DNA of 64,000 nucleotides from the human T2T-CHM13v2.0 reference genome, Homo sapiens (GCF_009914755.1 NC_060931.1), one strand, 5' to 3'. Shown: positions 23,068 through 40,393, counted from the stretch's first letter. Made by a program: numbers and translations. Notes: generated by a model not told the origin, from the sequence alone.

Positions 23068-25865
23068 CTGCAAAACGGACAGCTGGGTTACACTTCCCAG
23101 AAGTGTCTTCAGCCTCTGCTGAGAAGGGAACTCAAGGAGAAACACATCCTGGCTGAGTCTGGGGCTCTGGGAGAGAATCGGTCCACTGCTCACAGCCAGG
23201 GGTTCTCAGCATGGTGCTGCGCTTACAGGTCTGAGGGCTTCCCACCAGCGCACCAGGCACCAAGCACCAGACACCAAGGCACAACCGGCCTCTTGGCTTG
23301 AGCATCCCACACCTGAAAGGCCTCTGTGCCTGTCCACTGAACCTATCGCCAGGCAAAGCCAGGCCACAGGCCACAGGCCATCACAATCCCCACTGGTGAG
23401 CAGCAGGAAGCAGAGGCCTGGCACACCGGTGGGCGTGTGCTCTGTCACTAGCATTGCACCTATGGCAGGGTCACATGACCCAGGCCCAGAACCACTCACT
23501 GCACCTGCTGCTTTCTGCTCATACTCGAGAGCCCTAAGAAAAGGCTGGAGTCCATACTCCCCTCCTATCCCTTAGCCTTCCACGCCACATCTGATAAGAC
23601 GCTCTCCTTCCTGCTGTCCCCCTCTTCAAGGCCCAGCTCCAAAGGCGAAGGCCATGTGGGCCATCAGCCTTTCTGAGTTCTAGGAGTCGGCCTCATGCTT
23701 CCAACACTGACTGCACACAACTTCCATGAGCATTTGGTGGTCAAGAGGGAAGCTTCTACACTAGGAGCATCTGACTGCTGGGGTCCTCATGAGGCATGAC
23801 GTGGCAGCAGTGACCACAGGATGAGCCGGAGGCTTACCAAGCTCTCTGACGCTTCCCTGGCCTGTCCTGCCTGTTGGTGCCCTGCCTGGCGTGGCCCCTG
23901 CCCTGAGGTCCCTCACCATGGCCACTTCACCCACATAACCTCCACTGTAGCCTCAACACCTTGCATGGAATCTGTGTTTCCATATCTGTCTCCACCAAAG
24001 TACTGTACTCTTTGCAAGAAAAACCCAAACAATCAAAAACTCCGCAATATTTAACAATCTGTGCATCTCTCTACTGCCATGGCAGACTGAGGCAGGAAGT
24101 GGCAGGTGACTGTGTTGCCAGCACCTACAACCATCCTACCCTAAGCCAGAAACGGCCATCATGGACCTTGTGTTAAGAAAAAAGTCTCTCACTTACGCTG
24201 GCAATTCACACCCAGTCCCTTATTCAAGCAGTTAAATTTGTATACAAACAAACTAAACAAGAGAAGATTTCTGTTAAACATTAACAAAAAAGGAAAGCCC
24301 TACTTATAGTCCACCCACTAGGAAAATGTTAGAAAAGCGAGTTTGCTTCAGTTCAGTTACAATTCGTAGTGAGAAACGGCATGTCAGTATTTCCATCTTC
24401 CTGGCAGCAAACTTCTCTTCTGCTCTCTCAGAACAGGGCAAAACCTCACAAGAGTCGCAGAGGACAGATGCTCAGCCTGGAGACGTGGGGACCCTGTGAG
24501 GCTGATGACCAGACTTCAGTGGACCTCCAGGCAGCTCCCACACGCCTCTCCTGCAGGGTACTTTCTACCCTGGCAACAAGACTTCTCACCCTCAGTTGTA
24601 CGTAGGCAGAGGAATGCATGAATTGTATATGTTTAATCATGCAAATTTTACGCATTGTGGATTTCATGGGTCCTTTGGCTCCCTGGTTTTGAGTAAAAGT
24701 GAGGAACCACAAATGCCCAGATTGAGAGGCCTGAGTCACCTCCTCTGGAGCAGTTCCGCCCTCCTTCCAGCACGGGGCAGCCCTGGTCACTGGGAAATCA
24801 GCTTCCTCAGCTCGTCCAGTTTGTCAGTGGCACCCTGAGTCCCACACTGCCTGGCCATGTGCTGCAGTGACCACGCGGCTAAGACGGACCTGTTCCCTGG
24901 GGGTGTTCTCAGTGCCCCATGTGCACCTGGACCAGGCATCTAGGTGAAGTCGATGTTTGTTTTATGACTTCCTGCAAACATGGAAGACTCTGGAGCGCTG
25001 GGCCTGAGGGGCTCCTGTTCATGGCAGCATAAGGGGTCCAAGTAGCTAAGCCCAGAGTTAGCGCCAAGGTCCTATGAGGGGCAAACAGCCATCCTCCGGG
25101 AAACCACGGCCACTCCCTGACCCAGGTCTTGTACCATACTGTGGTCACACAGCTTCATTTCTGCTGATGTGGCCTGGCCGAAATTGTTGCCCCTGACACC
25201 AGACGAAGCACGAGAAGTATTTCCTTCAGATGAGGAGGGCCAAGCTGACAGCAGAAGAACTTTGTTTTGCCACGAGCTCCCAAAGAAGGCCAAAGTCCAG
25301 GGCCACAAGCCCAGTAGTGGTCAGAGGGGAAGGGAAGGAGGCTGTCACTGCCTGGGACCCAGGACTCCAGAGTCTTCTCCCCAAAACCAGTTCTCAACAG
25401 TCATCACCTCCCAGGTCAGTCTACAAAGGGCTGCTCAGGTGGTAGCTTAACCAATCAAAAAGTAACCTCTTGGAATATAATTCTCATCTGTCCTTTATAG
25501 AAAACAACTTTTTATGCATCATATTTTCAGGTAAATTAAAGACATAAAATGCTAAGGTAAATGTAATTTTTTTTCTTCCTTCACATGCTTTCTTAATAAG
25601 GTAAGATTAACAACAACAACAAAAAAAAACCAACATATTGTTCAAAATCCCAAATAAAAGCATGCCTTTAAAAAACATTTTTTAAAAAATAGCAATGCCT
25701 TATAAAAACAACAAAGTTCACTGCAAATATAAGCTGTAGTGAATGCTATGAGATTGCAGACAGATAGCCAACGTAGGTAATAGCACTGAGTTTGTGAGTG
25801 ACTTCTTAGAGAACCACCATCAGTACCAAAGAACAGAACATTCAGGTATGGATGAAAATAAGGGA

Positions 25866-26180
25866 GGCCAGGCGCAGTGGCTCCCGCCTATAATCCCAGC
25901 ACTCTGGGAGGCTGAGGTGGGAGGATCACCTGAGGTCAGGAGTTTGAGACCAGCCTAGCCAACATGCTGAAATCCTGTCTCTACAAAAAATTAATTAATT
26001 AATTTTAAAAATTAGCTGGGCATGGTGGCATGCGCCTGTAATCCCAGCTACACAGGAAGCTGAGGCATGAGAATTGCTTGAACCAGGAGGCAGAGGTTGC
26101 AGTGAGCCTAGACTGCACCACTGCACTCCAGCCTGAGTGACAGAGCAAGACCCTGTCTCAAAGTAAAAAAAGAAAAGAAG
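25866..26180 (+). mobile_element. Alu
   Basis: Full Alu with A-rich tail. Confidence 0.9.
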
Positions 26181-27229
26181 GGGAAATGAACATAATAGGA
26201 CAGAATTGCACAATTAGTTCATCCAGCTGACTATGGAAAGGATCAACTTTAACTTCGTATACACAGTATTTATCTGTGGCATTAAAGGTAGATATAAATG
26301 AATCAATTGTAGGGTATCAGATGCCCTCTAAAGACCATCCCAACAGCCTTATCCAAAATAAAATGTTCCTACTTAGTCAACACAGTTTTCAGAGCTGGAA
26401 AGATTAGAAACCAGATACTTTATAAAAACAGCTCCATTATTTTCCCATTGCTATCTTTTCTTTCTTTTTAGGAAATAACTCCCTGGAGATGATGTTTTCC
26501 ATGCTGCTTCTCAAACCAGTGAGTACATTTTAAAAACTAAAGGATTGTTTTTAAACTTGTAAGCAAACGAACATAAAAGCAGCTTGAAATTTTCAGTTGT
26601 CCCTTGCATTATTCACAGCCACTTCTAACAGCAAAAACTTCCATTTGGAATCTCCATAAATCTCCCTAAACATTTGAGTTGCACTAGACGTTAGCTTAAA
26701 TCTGTCTGAAATGGTGGGTGCATAAAAATCAGCATTCAAATGTTACTTTTTCCAAGCAACAGGAACCATCGTCACAGGACATCTTTCCCAACAGCTTACT
26801 CATTCTACATTCCCAGCACTCACAGAGTCAGCCATGGCTGCAGGGGCAGCACCAACCGGCCAGGAAAGGTGAGCTGGGCCACCTGTTGGTGTCAGCCAAG
26901 CCTGGGCTGTTTCTTAACGTTCTGCTGAGCATTCCCTTCCCTCTCATGTAATGGGAAGAATAATGAGACCTACACATTGGAATTGCTGCAAAGATGAGTC
27001 AGTTGCATGGACATAAGGGTCAGAGTAGACCACAACACATCTGCCACAGCCTCTGCTCTCCTGAGGTATGCTGCCAGAGTGTAGGTGGCTTTGCCCACAG
27101 AGTTGGAGACTCAGAGGGGATGTCCGGGCCCAGGCAAAGTGTGTGGCTCCCTGAGGAATGGTCACCCTTTTTCCGCAGGCTGTGGGCAGCAAGGAGGATG
27201 TGCAGGGAGGGGCCACAGGGGCATGAAGT

Positions 27230-27934
27230 AAAATAGCCTTTGCAAAAATTTTAACAGTGAGAGAAGTATGACAGTGAAAGAGATCTAATGTAACCAACCC
27301 CCATCTTGCCTTTAACCTCCTAGCTGCCCTTGGCTATTCCTGGGCTTGGACCAAACTAACTTTAGGAGAAAGTAAAGTTTATAGTTTAAATGATAATAGC
27401 CCAAAACTAAACCACTTTTGTAAAACTAATGCAAGACCACCACATTGGTAGGATGAAAGCGGCTTGAATTCTGCCAAGGTATAGACTTAAAAGATTACTC
27501 TGGGGATCACAAGATTTGCAACTTCCTCAATTACTGCTAGAGATAACATCACCATTGTAGAACCTAAGATTGGCCTTTTGAGATGTCTATTCAGGCTTTT
27601 GCATTTCTGACAACTGACAGCTCTACCTGACCTGCCAACTGTTCTCTGGCCCCACCCAGAAGTGGACTCAGAGGCAAAAGGGTCACTTTCCCCTATGATT
27701 GCACCCCCAACCACTCAGCAGCACCCCATTCCCTAGCCACCCCCTTCTCCCCAAAATATCTTTGAAAAACCCTAGCCTCCAAATTTTCCAGGGGGCTGAT
27801 TTGGGTAGTAATAAAACTCTGGTCTCCTGTTCAGCCAGCTCTGCATGAATTAAACTCTTTCTCTACTGCAATTCCCCTGTCTTGGTAAATCGGCTATATC
27901 TGGGCATTGAATAATGAACCCATTTGTCGGTTAC
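27230..27934 (+). mobile_element. ERV1 solo LTR (LTR8A/LTR8B-like)
   Basis: GCCTTTGCAAAAATTTTAACAGTGAGAGAAGTATGACAGTGAAAGAGATCT... AATAAA near 27809; ends GGTTACA. Confidence 0.8.
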
Positions 27935-28066
27935 AGAGACTATCTGAGGAGCCTCATCCTTTAGAGAATGTGGAAAACTACTCTCCTTGTATCTTTAAAG
28001 TATTCTTTCAGGCACCTGAGGTACTGTGTCAAAAATGACAGAAATATGAAAAATCAAATAATGCCA

Positions 28067-28755
28067 TTTTTACAGGCAGTTAGACAGGCATGAGCAGGGC
28101 AGCAGAGGGCTCTTTCCGCACGCACTAGGAGAATGTGGGGTAATGGTTCGGCAATTATCACATTGCCTCTCTGAAAGTGATACACTGGCAGCTGGTGCCA
28201 GGAGGAGGCCGTTTCCTGATGGTCCACGCCTATTGCACTGTTAATTGAATGCAGGCTCCAGGGAGACACAACTTCTTGGGCACGTGCATTAACAGAAAAA
28301 ATGGCAGAGTATGACCTTCTCAGGGTACATCACCAGAAAAGGGAAGAAACCCTCAGATAGGCATGCGTACAACTTCCTAAACATACTGCATGTGCTCACT
28401 TCCCAAGCAAAAGGAGGGCACTATGCATTCGGGCAGCCCCCTCTGAGGGAAGAATCACGGGAAAGGGGCACAAGACATGGGAAGTGGGCCAGCCTATAAA
28501 GTCTAGGACCAAGGTTAAACACCACACTTGACCTTCATGTGCCCGCTTGGGTCTCTTCTAAGCGTACTTTCCTTTCTTTCTTGTTCTAAAGCCTTTTAAA
28601 ATAAACTTCCACTCTGGCTCTGAAACTTGTCTCTGTCTCTTTTTCTGCCTTATATCCCTCAGTCAAATTCTTTCTTCTGAGCAGGCAAGAATTGAGGTTC
28701 CTGCAGACCCTTATGGATTCACTGCTGGTAACTCGGATACCTTCCACCAGTAACA
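28067..28755 (+). mobile_element. ERV1 (MER4-group) solo LTR, MER50-like
   Basis: TTACAGGCAGTTAGACAGGCATGAGCAGGGCAG...; TATA-like CCTATAAA near 28495; AATAAA near 28600; ends CAGTAACA. Confidence 0.7.
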
Positions 28756-29082
28756 CTATATAGGATAATTTCTAGGACATCCTGATTTCTGTATGCCAAG
28801 ACATTTGTTTGGTCTGTCTTCCCTTTACCTCAAAGGGACACCCAAATGTGCATAGACAACATGACTGATGGTCTTAGGTGACTCCCACATGGGGCCTCCC
28901 AGGGTCACCTTGGCAGGCAACACTCAGGAGAGATCAGCTCCCCAAAGAAACAACTGGCTACCTGTCACTTTCCCCATTAACTCCGTGATGGGGCCAAGAA
29001 ACATGTGCTGCTGTCTCAACTATCTCAGAAAGAAAGGAAAGGCAGAAAAGAAAAGAGATGTCAGAAACGTTAATAATTTTAA

Positions 29083-29434
<352 letters not shown>

Positions 29435-30189
29435 ATTTCTTTTTAACTACTTCTCAAAGAGGAAGGCTTCCAAGTTTAGGGAAGGAAGTTCAGGGGTGCC
29501 TCAATAACACAATGGTGGTCATGAGCACCAACAGGAGGCCACACTGGGGTGTCAACAAGCTGCTTCTCATGATTTGCTGAAGACAAGGAAGGTATAAAAA
29601 CAGAAAACTTACATGGGCACATGTGAGTTTTACGGGTCAGCTCCATGGGCCAACTGCTCCATGGCGTTTTAGTGTAACAAAGATTGACCTCCCATCAGAG
29701 TTGCTGTTGAGACTTCTGAGCTTCCCAGTCACAAATTCCTTGCTAATTAATTATTCTCAAGAGTGATTATTACGAGTTTGACTTTAAAATGATTTCTTGA
29801 GCTCAGTCCTAAAGCAGCCTGCAGCGCACCCATCCCACTCCCCAGGCCATTCAGGACAACAGAGAAGCCTCCCATCACAGAGCCTATTCCCATACAAGCT
29901 GTCCTCACACGTTCTTCTGGTCTCAAACTTTCCTCCAGATTTATCTTATGCATTCATTCGTTTACATGCTCGATTACCATTTGGTGAGCATCTTTTCATG
30001 CAGGCTCTGGTCAAAATAAAAAGAAAAGAGCAAGGAGTAAGGGGCATTTCCCTAATCTCAGGAGCAGAGGGATTAACCTTGGAATGTAAAATTGAATCCA
30101 GCAAGCATTAAAAAATGCAAATGTTCTGGCTTCAAATGTGCAATGACGGGAAGGATGCATGAAAACCCTGGGCATGGGAATGTGAGAAG

Positions 30190-30502
30190 AGCAGGGCATG
30201 GTGGCTCACACGTGCAATCCCAGCATTTTGGGAAGCCACAGCAGAAGGATTATTCAAGCTCAGGGGTTCAAGACCAGCCTGGGCAACACAGTGAGACACT
30301 GTCTCCACAAAAATTTTAAAATTAGCTGAGCATGGTGATGTGCGCCTATAGTCTCAGCTACTCAAGAGGCTGAGGTGGAAGGATTGCTTGAGCCCAGGAG
30401 GTTGAGGCTGCTGTGAGCCAAGATTGCACCACTGCACTACAGCCTGGGTGACAGAGCAACACTCTGTTTCAAAAAAAGAAAAAAGAAAAGAAAAAAAAGA
30501 AA
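30190..30502 (+). mobile_element. Alu (AluJ-like)
   Basis: GGATTGCTTGAGCCCAGGAGG diagnostic segment; A-rich tail. Confidence 0.88.
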
Positions 30503-31415
30503 ATGAAGAGATATCTTCCCCCTTTTTCCATATTCTTTTAATGTTATAAACAAGCTGCTGGTGCCGTAAGAAATAAGAACAAAAAAAAGAAAAGACGACA
30601 GCTGGACTTCCTGTGTGCCAAGCATTCTGCATGGGTTACTCCCTATTTACACCTCATTTTCCATGCAGGAGGTCATATGAATGTCACGATTTTGGAAACT
30701 GTTCAACAAAGAAATAACATTTAATGGTTCCAAAAAAAACAAAAAAAAACCCCAAGTGACTGTTTAACTAAAATATTTTAGAAAATGCTAGGTTTTCTGC
30801 ACACAACTTGCATTGCATGTGGGCCCTGTTGCTGACCACAGTCCTACACCCTAGCCCATGTTCCTCCAACACACCCGGTTTCAAGAGAAACAGAGCCATG
30901 CCATTGGAAATAGCAAGACAAAAGGAAAAGGTGCCTCTGGTGATGCTTGAAATCCCTTTCTGCCCGTCTACCCCCATGTCTGCTGACATAGCCCTCAGTT
31001 GCACTGGAGAAAATAGATACAAGGCATCAAAACTTGCATACACAAGGTCGGGTGTGCAACTACCTGTCTCCAAAACGGAACACCATTTGGCAATCACCTT
31101 GGCAATTCTCCTACAAATTCCCTGCTGTGGGCTTTGAAATATGCCATGGAGCTACCTGGTTGGCTCTAAGTGTCACCATCTGTGGAGGAAGTAAGTGCAC
31201 CTGGATGGGGAGCCAGCTGTGGGTCCTTCTCACTGCCTCTCAGCCAGCCCTGCTCAGGTTCTTGACCTCAGCCTGCTGGGGTGGGCAGCAAAAGGAGAAA
31301 GTTCTGCACCCCACCATGACTATTCCCCATCACTTACTGAGCTCATTCCAGGGGCCACGCCCAGGAGCAGAGAAGGGAGAGATGGGCAGCATGACAGAAA
31401 AATACTCCGTGGCCT

Positions 31416-31626
31416 CAGGGAACTGATGAGCTACAAGAATTGGCCAAGTGCAACTGCTAATGTGTTTGTGTAAGTAAAGTTTTATTGCAATACAGCCACA
31501 TTCCCTGATTTCCATATTGCCCAGGGCTGCTTTCATGTTAGAACAGTTGCGATAAAGATCCTGTAGCCTGCAAAGCCTAAAATATCCACTCTCTAGTCCG
31601 TTGCAGAGATAGTTCACTGACCCCTG
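31416..31626 (+). mobile_element. MER58A-like hAT-Charlie MITE
   Basis: TAAAGTTTTATTGCAATACAGCCAC...GGCTGCTTTCATG...GCCTGCAAAGCCTAAAATAT...TGACCCCTG. Confidence 0.7.
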
Positions 31627-31960
31627 GTCTAGCCAATAGAACCAAGTTCCAACATAATAATGGAAATCAAAACTCACTCACTGCAAGAGAGGAAAATGCC
31701 AACTGGAGCAAGTCCTCCCTTTACCTGTCAGTGCAAGCCAGCAGCATAGGGGGCTGTCTCTCACCACAGACACACAGGATGGCTAAGTCCTTAACCTCTG
31801 GGAGGGACAAGTCTCCCCACCACCTTCACAGTCTTTGGCATGACCCAAGAATACTATTCATTTAGGTGTCGGGACAGAGGAGATGCCTCTTCTGTTTTCA
31901 CATTTTTATATGTAAAATTTCATTCACCTCTTCACTCTGGCTTTGGGGATCTATACATAC

Positions 31961-32044
31961 CGTTTTTGGGAAGGCTGCATTAAAGCTGAAACTTTGTCAT
32001 CATAAAACTTCTTCATTGCAAACCTGTCAAGGGCCTGGTCGGCG
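31961..32044 (-). CDS. TNS3: TNS3 exon, aa 130-158
   Basis: cccttcag|CGCCGAC...AAAACG|gtatgt; [27 protein letters not shown](R); 84 nt. Confidence 0.95.
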
Positions 32045-32896
32045 CTGAAGGGGAGAGAGAGAGAAAGAGAGTTAACTCAGTGGAGCCCACACCACGTGGG
32101 TACGTGACGGGGGATGTGTCTCATGGCTGTTCAAAGCGACCAGCTCCCACAAGGGGCTTCACCCTTTGCTGCACCTGTGCACACCCAATCCACCTGTCTC
32201 TTGTTAGACTTCATTTCCCCCGCAGGAATATGCTGTGCTCAAAGTGGGAGCCATAGTGCAGGGTCAGAATTCTCATCTGAAATAACAGCTCCTTATCTAA
32301 AGATATTATTCTTAAGAGTGCTGAATACCCAGCTTGCAGAAGAACCAACTGAGGCTTCTCAGCAGGCAGGTGGTAGGGCTGGTGTCCAAAACTGTCCCTT
32401 GGCCACCCTACGTCCTAAATAAAGAAGACCATTTTAAGTGGGCTCTGTGCAAGACAAGCAGGCAGACTCAAGTTTCAGGACCACATGGATGCAGGGAGCA
32501 ACCCAGGGCAGGAGAGTCAACAGACACCCCCATGAAGTCCCAAGAGGCACCCTCGGGACACAAGTGGGCCAGCCTGTGCCCCGCCAGTATGTCACTCCCA
32601 GGACTGGGCTTGAGAAGGCTGTAGGGCACTGGGGTTGGAAAGGTGTCTCAGGCCTCGGGGCTGCAGCATTGTTTTTGAAGTGACTGAAAGTAACCCTGCT
32701 TTCCAACAATATATTTGACCTTCAATGCCAGGTCCACAGTGCCCACAGGTAGTGTCTGACAGAAACTTCCAGAAATCTCACAGCAGGGCATTCATGGGAT
32801 TTCTTGATATGACTTCAGCACAAATCCTGGAATATGAGTGCAGTGTCTTAACAATTCCAACTCATTTGGGCCAAATGCTTCCTTAAAACCCTGATA

Positions 32897-33388
<492 letters not shown>

Positions 33389-33895
33389 CTACGTGCATTT
33401 GCTAGGCAAGGGGCTGTGCTGGTGGGGCAGTCACACACAGAAGGGCCCACTTTAGCACCGAGTCCATCACATACTGAGCAGCAGAGTGCAGCTCCATAGC
33501 CTCCCAGTGACTTTTAAGCATTCCTTTTTCTGAAATTTACTTGTTTTATTAAATGCTGAGAATACATTTTGACCAATGTTTATTTTGTATAGTGATATGA
33601 GTAGTAGTAATAATATTAGTACTGGTTTTGTCTTTATAACTCTTATTTTTATGGTGTTGATACAAGAATGTTCTTCTCTGGTGACTTGAAGTTTCTTTTT
33701 TCTTCTGTTTGCAGTTTGTGATAAAGATCTCAAATGTGTGCTTGTGCTATCTGGGATTACTCTACTTCTGGAATATAATCTAAGAGGGAACATTGTAGAA
33801 ATGATCAAAAATATATGTATAAGAATGTGTTCATCATGGCAAGCTTTGCAGTAGAAAACAACTGGAAGCAACCTAAATTACAAAAAAAAAACACA

Positions 33896-34197
<302 letters not shown>

Positions 34198-34703
34198 TTA
34201 AATACATAACATATCCATTGAATAAAGTGCTATGCTGCCACTGAAATGATGTCGGGAAATGATGCATATAAAATGATATTAATGTAGAAAATCAAGTCAC
34301 AAAAAGCATGTGGTATCAGCCCATTTAATTGAAAGGCACTTAATACTATTACTCCTAATAATCACAGCAGCGTTAATGATAGCCAATACCTGAGTACCGA
34401 TGCTGTTCTAAGTGCTTTTTGTGTAACATATGTTGAACTGTCACAACATTCTGGGAAGTAGACCTACCATCATTTTCCAGGTAAGGATGCTGAGGCTTAG
34501 AGAGATTCAGGTAAATTGCCTGACACATGCAGCTGAAATACATATTGACTATTGAGAGAAAACAGAGTTTGTACCAAGAGCGTCAAAGGTGTGTTTTTAG
34601 CCCTAAGACATCTACCCTTCCCAAAAAATCCGGGACTATCCACAGTGCATGGAACTTCGGTTCAGGCAGTACTACTTTGCTGGGGATAGAAATGCTCAGG
34701 TGT

Positions 34704-35002
<299 letters not shown>

Positions 35003-36168
35003 CAGAAGTGCTCAGGTGGTCTCTGTCCAGAACCAGCCAGGCTATGTTTAGTCACCAACCAAATGTCTTTGGCATCATTGAGGGATGGATGTGCCCAGGA
35101 ATCTCGATTTTCCTGGCACACACACACACCGATGATTATTCTCACCAAGAGGGTATCTGATTTTCACTTGGGGGTTGGTTTCCTCCCTGGCAGGCACCAA
35201 CTCCTCAGTTGGTTTCCAGAGAAAACATTCAGAAAGTCAAATTTCACTCCTTGGTGCTAGAAAGGAAAAGGTTTATCGGCTGATATGAATAGGCTTCTAT
35301 TTCCTCAGAATGGAAAGTTCAGGCTTTACAAAGAGGCCATTGAGAAGACAGGGCAGATGCAAATGTAGACCCCATAAATAATATTTTCTGCACTGCATTT
35401 CAGCGAGAGTGAAGATCTGCACTCTGGGAAGGGTCCGGGTGTACACCACAGCTGCCCAGGGCCAGAAGGATGGGCATAGGGCTGAGGTCCTTGTGGCCCT
35501 GCTGTGTTTGTGTCATGTCTGGCTTAGGGGACCCGAGTGGCACCTCCAAAGTCTCCACGATTACAGTTCCATCTCATGGAAACCAGCCCAGACCTGGCTC
35601 TCCACTCCTAGGCTGTGAGATCATGAGCAAGCTGCCTGGCTCCTCTGAGCCTCACCTCCCTCATCCATGCAATGGGAATGATAGTAACTGCCTCATGGAT
35701 TAGTTAGGAGAATTCAGGGAGAAAAGGAAAATAATCAGTATACTTCCCAGAGGCCCAGTGCCTGCAAAAGAGGTGGCTGTCATCATCATTATATACAAGG
35801 TATGAGCTGATTTAGTGAGACCACTCTGTTCTTTTCATAATGGTGACTTTTATCTCTGTTATTTTTTATTAGAGAATTCTCTATTAAAGAACAAGGGACA
35901 GTGGGGTCACTTATTTTTTTAATGCCTCCATGGAAGTACTTAGAATCAATCACACAGTCACCCAACCTGGAAAATGCCACTTTCACAAGTGTAAACGCTT
36001 AACTGGAAACTGGGTTTCTAGGCACTGACCAACCCAGCACTGGGGGATGGGAAACACAGGTCAGCCGAGCCCTTGGTATCCAGAACAGCTCCCGCGCAGA
36101 CAGCCTTCAGCCCCATGCAGGCTCAGCTTTTAGCACCTCAAGACAGCGAGCTGACATCTTCATCCTAC

Positions 36169-36233
36169 CTGGCTGAGACGTTGGTGAAATGCATGTAGGA
36201 TGATATGACCACTCCTATGCGTCCTTTCCCGCC
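36169..36233 (-). CDS. TNS3: TNS3 exon, aa 109-130
   Basis: cctgcag|GGCGGGAAA...GCCAG|gtagga; GGKGRIGVVISSYMHFTNVSA(S); 65 nt. Confidence 0.95.
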
Positions 36234-36919
36234 CTGCAGGAGACAAAAGATCAGCTGATTTTCTCTGAAATCCCACAGCAGAGATGTAATTAGAACAGGA
36301 AAAGACTCACTAGTGGACAAAACAATAGAGAGCCTGCTTTGGTGGTAAGGCCAGCATTACCCACAGCCTTCCTGTCTGGGAAAGTCAGTACCCAGTGCAA
36401 CTGGAGTCTCTGCAACAGGGAACCCGCACGCTGGGTGCAAACAGTAAGAGTGGGTGCTAACTGGAGCAGCTGTAGAAGCCCAGGAGGGCCGACCAACACA
36501 GCAGCTGCCTGTCATTTTACCCAATTAGGCTGGAAAAAACTGTGCCAGGAGCTGCAGCAATTAGCATGACTTAATTATCCAGGTCAGACAGAAGTGAACG
36601 CCTGCCTGCTCACGGGCTGACAATGATCAGGGCTGCAAACACAGCTCAGCATGATGGGACATAGATTCCAGCTTACTGGCAGCACTGCCGGCACCTGAGC
36701 TCCACATACACCGCCGCAGCCCACCCTCATTACACATAAAGGAACCACTGTCCCAGGCAGAAGTTCTGGAAAAGGACTCACTCAAACCATAACCACAGAC
36801 ACCAACAGCCCAGCCCACAGACCAGCAACACCAGCAGGAGAAGCAGAAACTATTGGACAGGCCACCTTCACCCAGGGCCACAGAGTGCCACCTTCTAGAA
36901 CATACTCTTACAACCTACA

Positions 36920-37570
<651 letters not shown>

Positions 37571-37965
37571 TCTGGAATCATATAAAGCCAAAAAGGCAGG
37601 GCCTCTAATATGTAGCTCCCTAACTTCTTGAGAAGAAACTACTGATCAAATTCAAGTCACAATTCTGATAAGCCCAGTCATACATGAATGTCACCCAGGA
37701 GCATCCTTCTCTCTGTCAGTGAAAGTCAAGAGCATGCCTTATAGATACTCAATGCGGGCACTTGATACACTCTTTGCAGCTGAATCCTGGCACGTGCAAT
37801 TATTAATGGTATGGCTACTAGTATACCTCTTGCATAAAACTATATTTGACAGCAATTCACCTACAAAGAAACAACACCTCAGCCAAAACAGGCACACATG
37901 GTGGTGACATTCACCCCATTATCAATCACTTTTGTGGCACTATTTATGGATATATAAAGCAAGTA

Positions 37966-38285
<320 letters not shown>

Positions 38286-38525
38286 TATAAAGCAAATATT
38301 AAAAGATCTGAAGGGACAGATAGAAATACCACAACCGTACGGGACTTCAGTACCCCATTTTCAACAATGGACAGATCACCTAGACAGAAAACCAGTAAGA
38401 AAACAGGGTACTCAACCTGCACTTTAGACCAAATAGACCTTACAGACATATACAGAACATTGCATCAGAATATGCATTCTTCTGAAGTGCACACAGAAAG
38501 TTCTCCAGCATAGATGGCATGTTAG

Positions 38526-38906
<381 letters not shown>

Positions 38907-39168
38907 TGAAACTAGAAATCAATAACAGGAAGAATCTTGGAAAATTCACAAGTTTATGGAAATAAAACAACATACTCCTAAATAACTACTGGGTCAAAGA
39001 AAAAAAGTCAGAAGAGAGATTTAGAAATATCTTGGGAGAAACAAAAATTGAAACACAACACACCAAAACTTATGGGATGCAGCAAAAGCAGTTGTAAGAG
39101 GAAGGTTTATGGCAATAAATGCCTATGTTAAAAGACAAAAAACTCTCAAATAAAAAAACCTAATGTCA

Positions 39169-39471
<303 letters not shown>

Positions 39472-39960
39472 CTAATGTTGTACCTGAAGGAACAAAGAAC
39501 AAACTAAACCCCAAATTAGCAAAGGAAGGAAAAAACAAAGGTCGGAGCAGAAACAAATAAAGGAGAGACTAGAAAAACAATAGAAAAGATCAACAAAACT
39601 AAGGGTTGGGTTTTCTGAAGACTAACAAAATTGACAAATCTTTACCTAGATAAGATAAAAAGAGAAAACTCAAAATCAGAAATGAAAGAGCAGTCATCAT
39701 AACTGATGCCATTTAAGACACAAAGAAACATAAAAAACTATGAACAAGTACATAGCAATAAATTGGATAACCTGGAACAAACTCATAAATTCCTGGACAC
39801 ATACAACCTACTAAGACTGAATCATGAAGAAACAGAAAATCCGAACAAAACAATAACAAGTAAGGAGATTGAATCAGTAATATAAACTCTCCCACAAAGA
39901 AAAGCCCAGGACCTGATCACTTAACTGATGAATTCCATCACCGAAAAAAAGAGAAAACTT

Positions 39961-40393
39961 CGCTATGGTTTAAATATTAGCCCCCTCCAAAACTCATGTT
40001 GAAATTTAATCTCCAATGTGGCAGTATTGAGTGGTGAGGCCTATAAAAGATGATTGGGTCATGAGGAACCTTGCCTTCATGAATGGGTTAATACATCTGT
40101 GGATTAATTAACTAATGGATTAACCAGTTATCACAGGAGTAGAACTGGTGGCTTTCTAAGAAGAGGAAGAGAGACCTGAGCTAGCACCCTCAGCCCCCTC
40201 GCCATGTGATGCCCCATGCAGCCCCAGGACCTCTGCAGAATCCCCAACAGCAAGAAGGCTCTCACCAGACGCAGCCCCTTGAGCTTGGACATCTCAGCCC
40301 CTATAAATATTAATATAAGAAATAAATTCCTTTTCTTTACAAATTACCCAGTTTCACATATTCTGTTATAAGTAACAGAAAACAGACTAATGC
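39961..40393 (+). mobile_element. MaLR solo LTR (MSTB-like)
   Basis: CGCTATGGTTTAAATATTAGCCCCCTCCAAAACTCATGTTGAAATTTAATC...TTCTGTTATAAGTAACAGAAAACAGACTAATGCA; ~5-bp TSD AACT(T/C). Confidence 0.85.
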
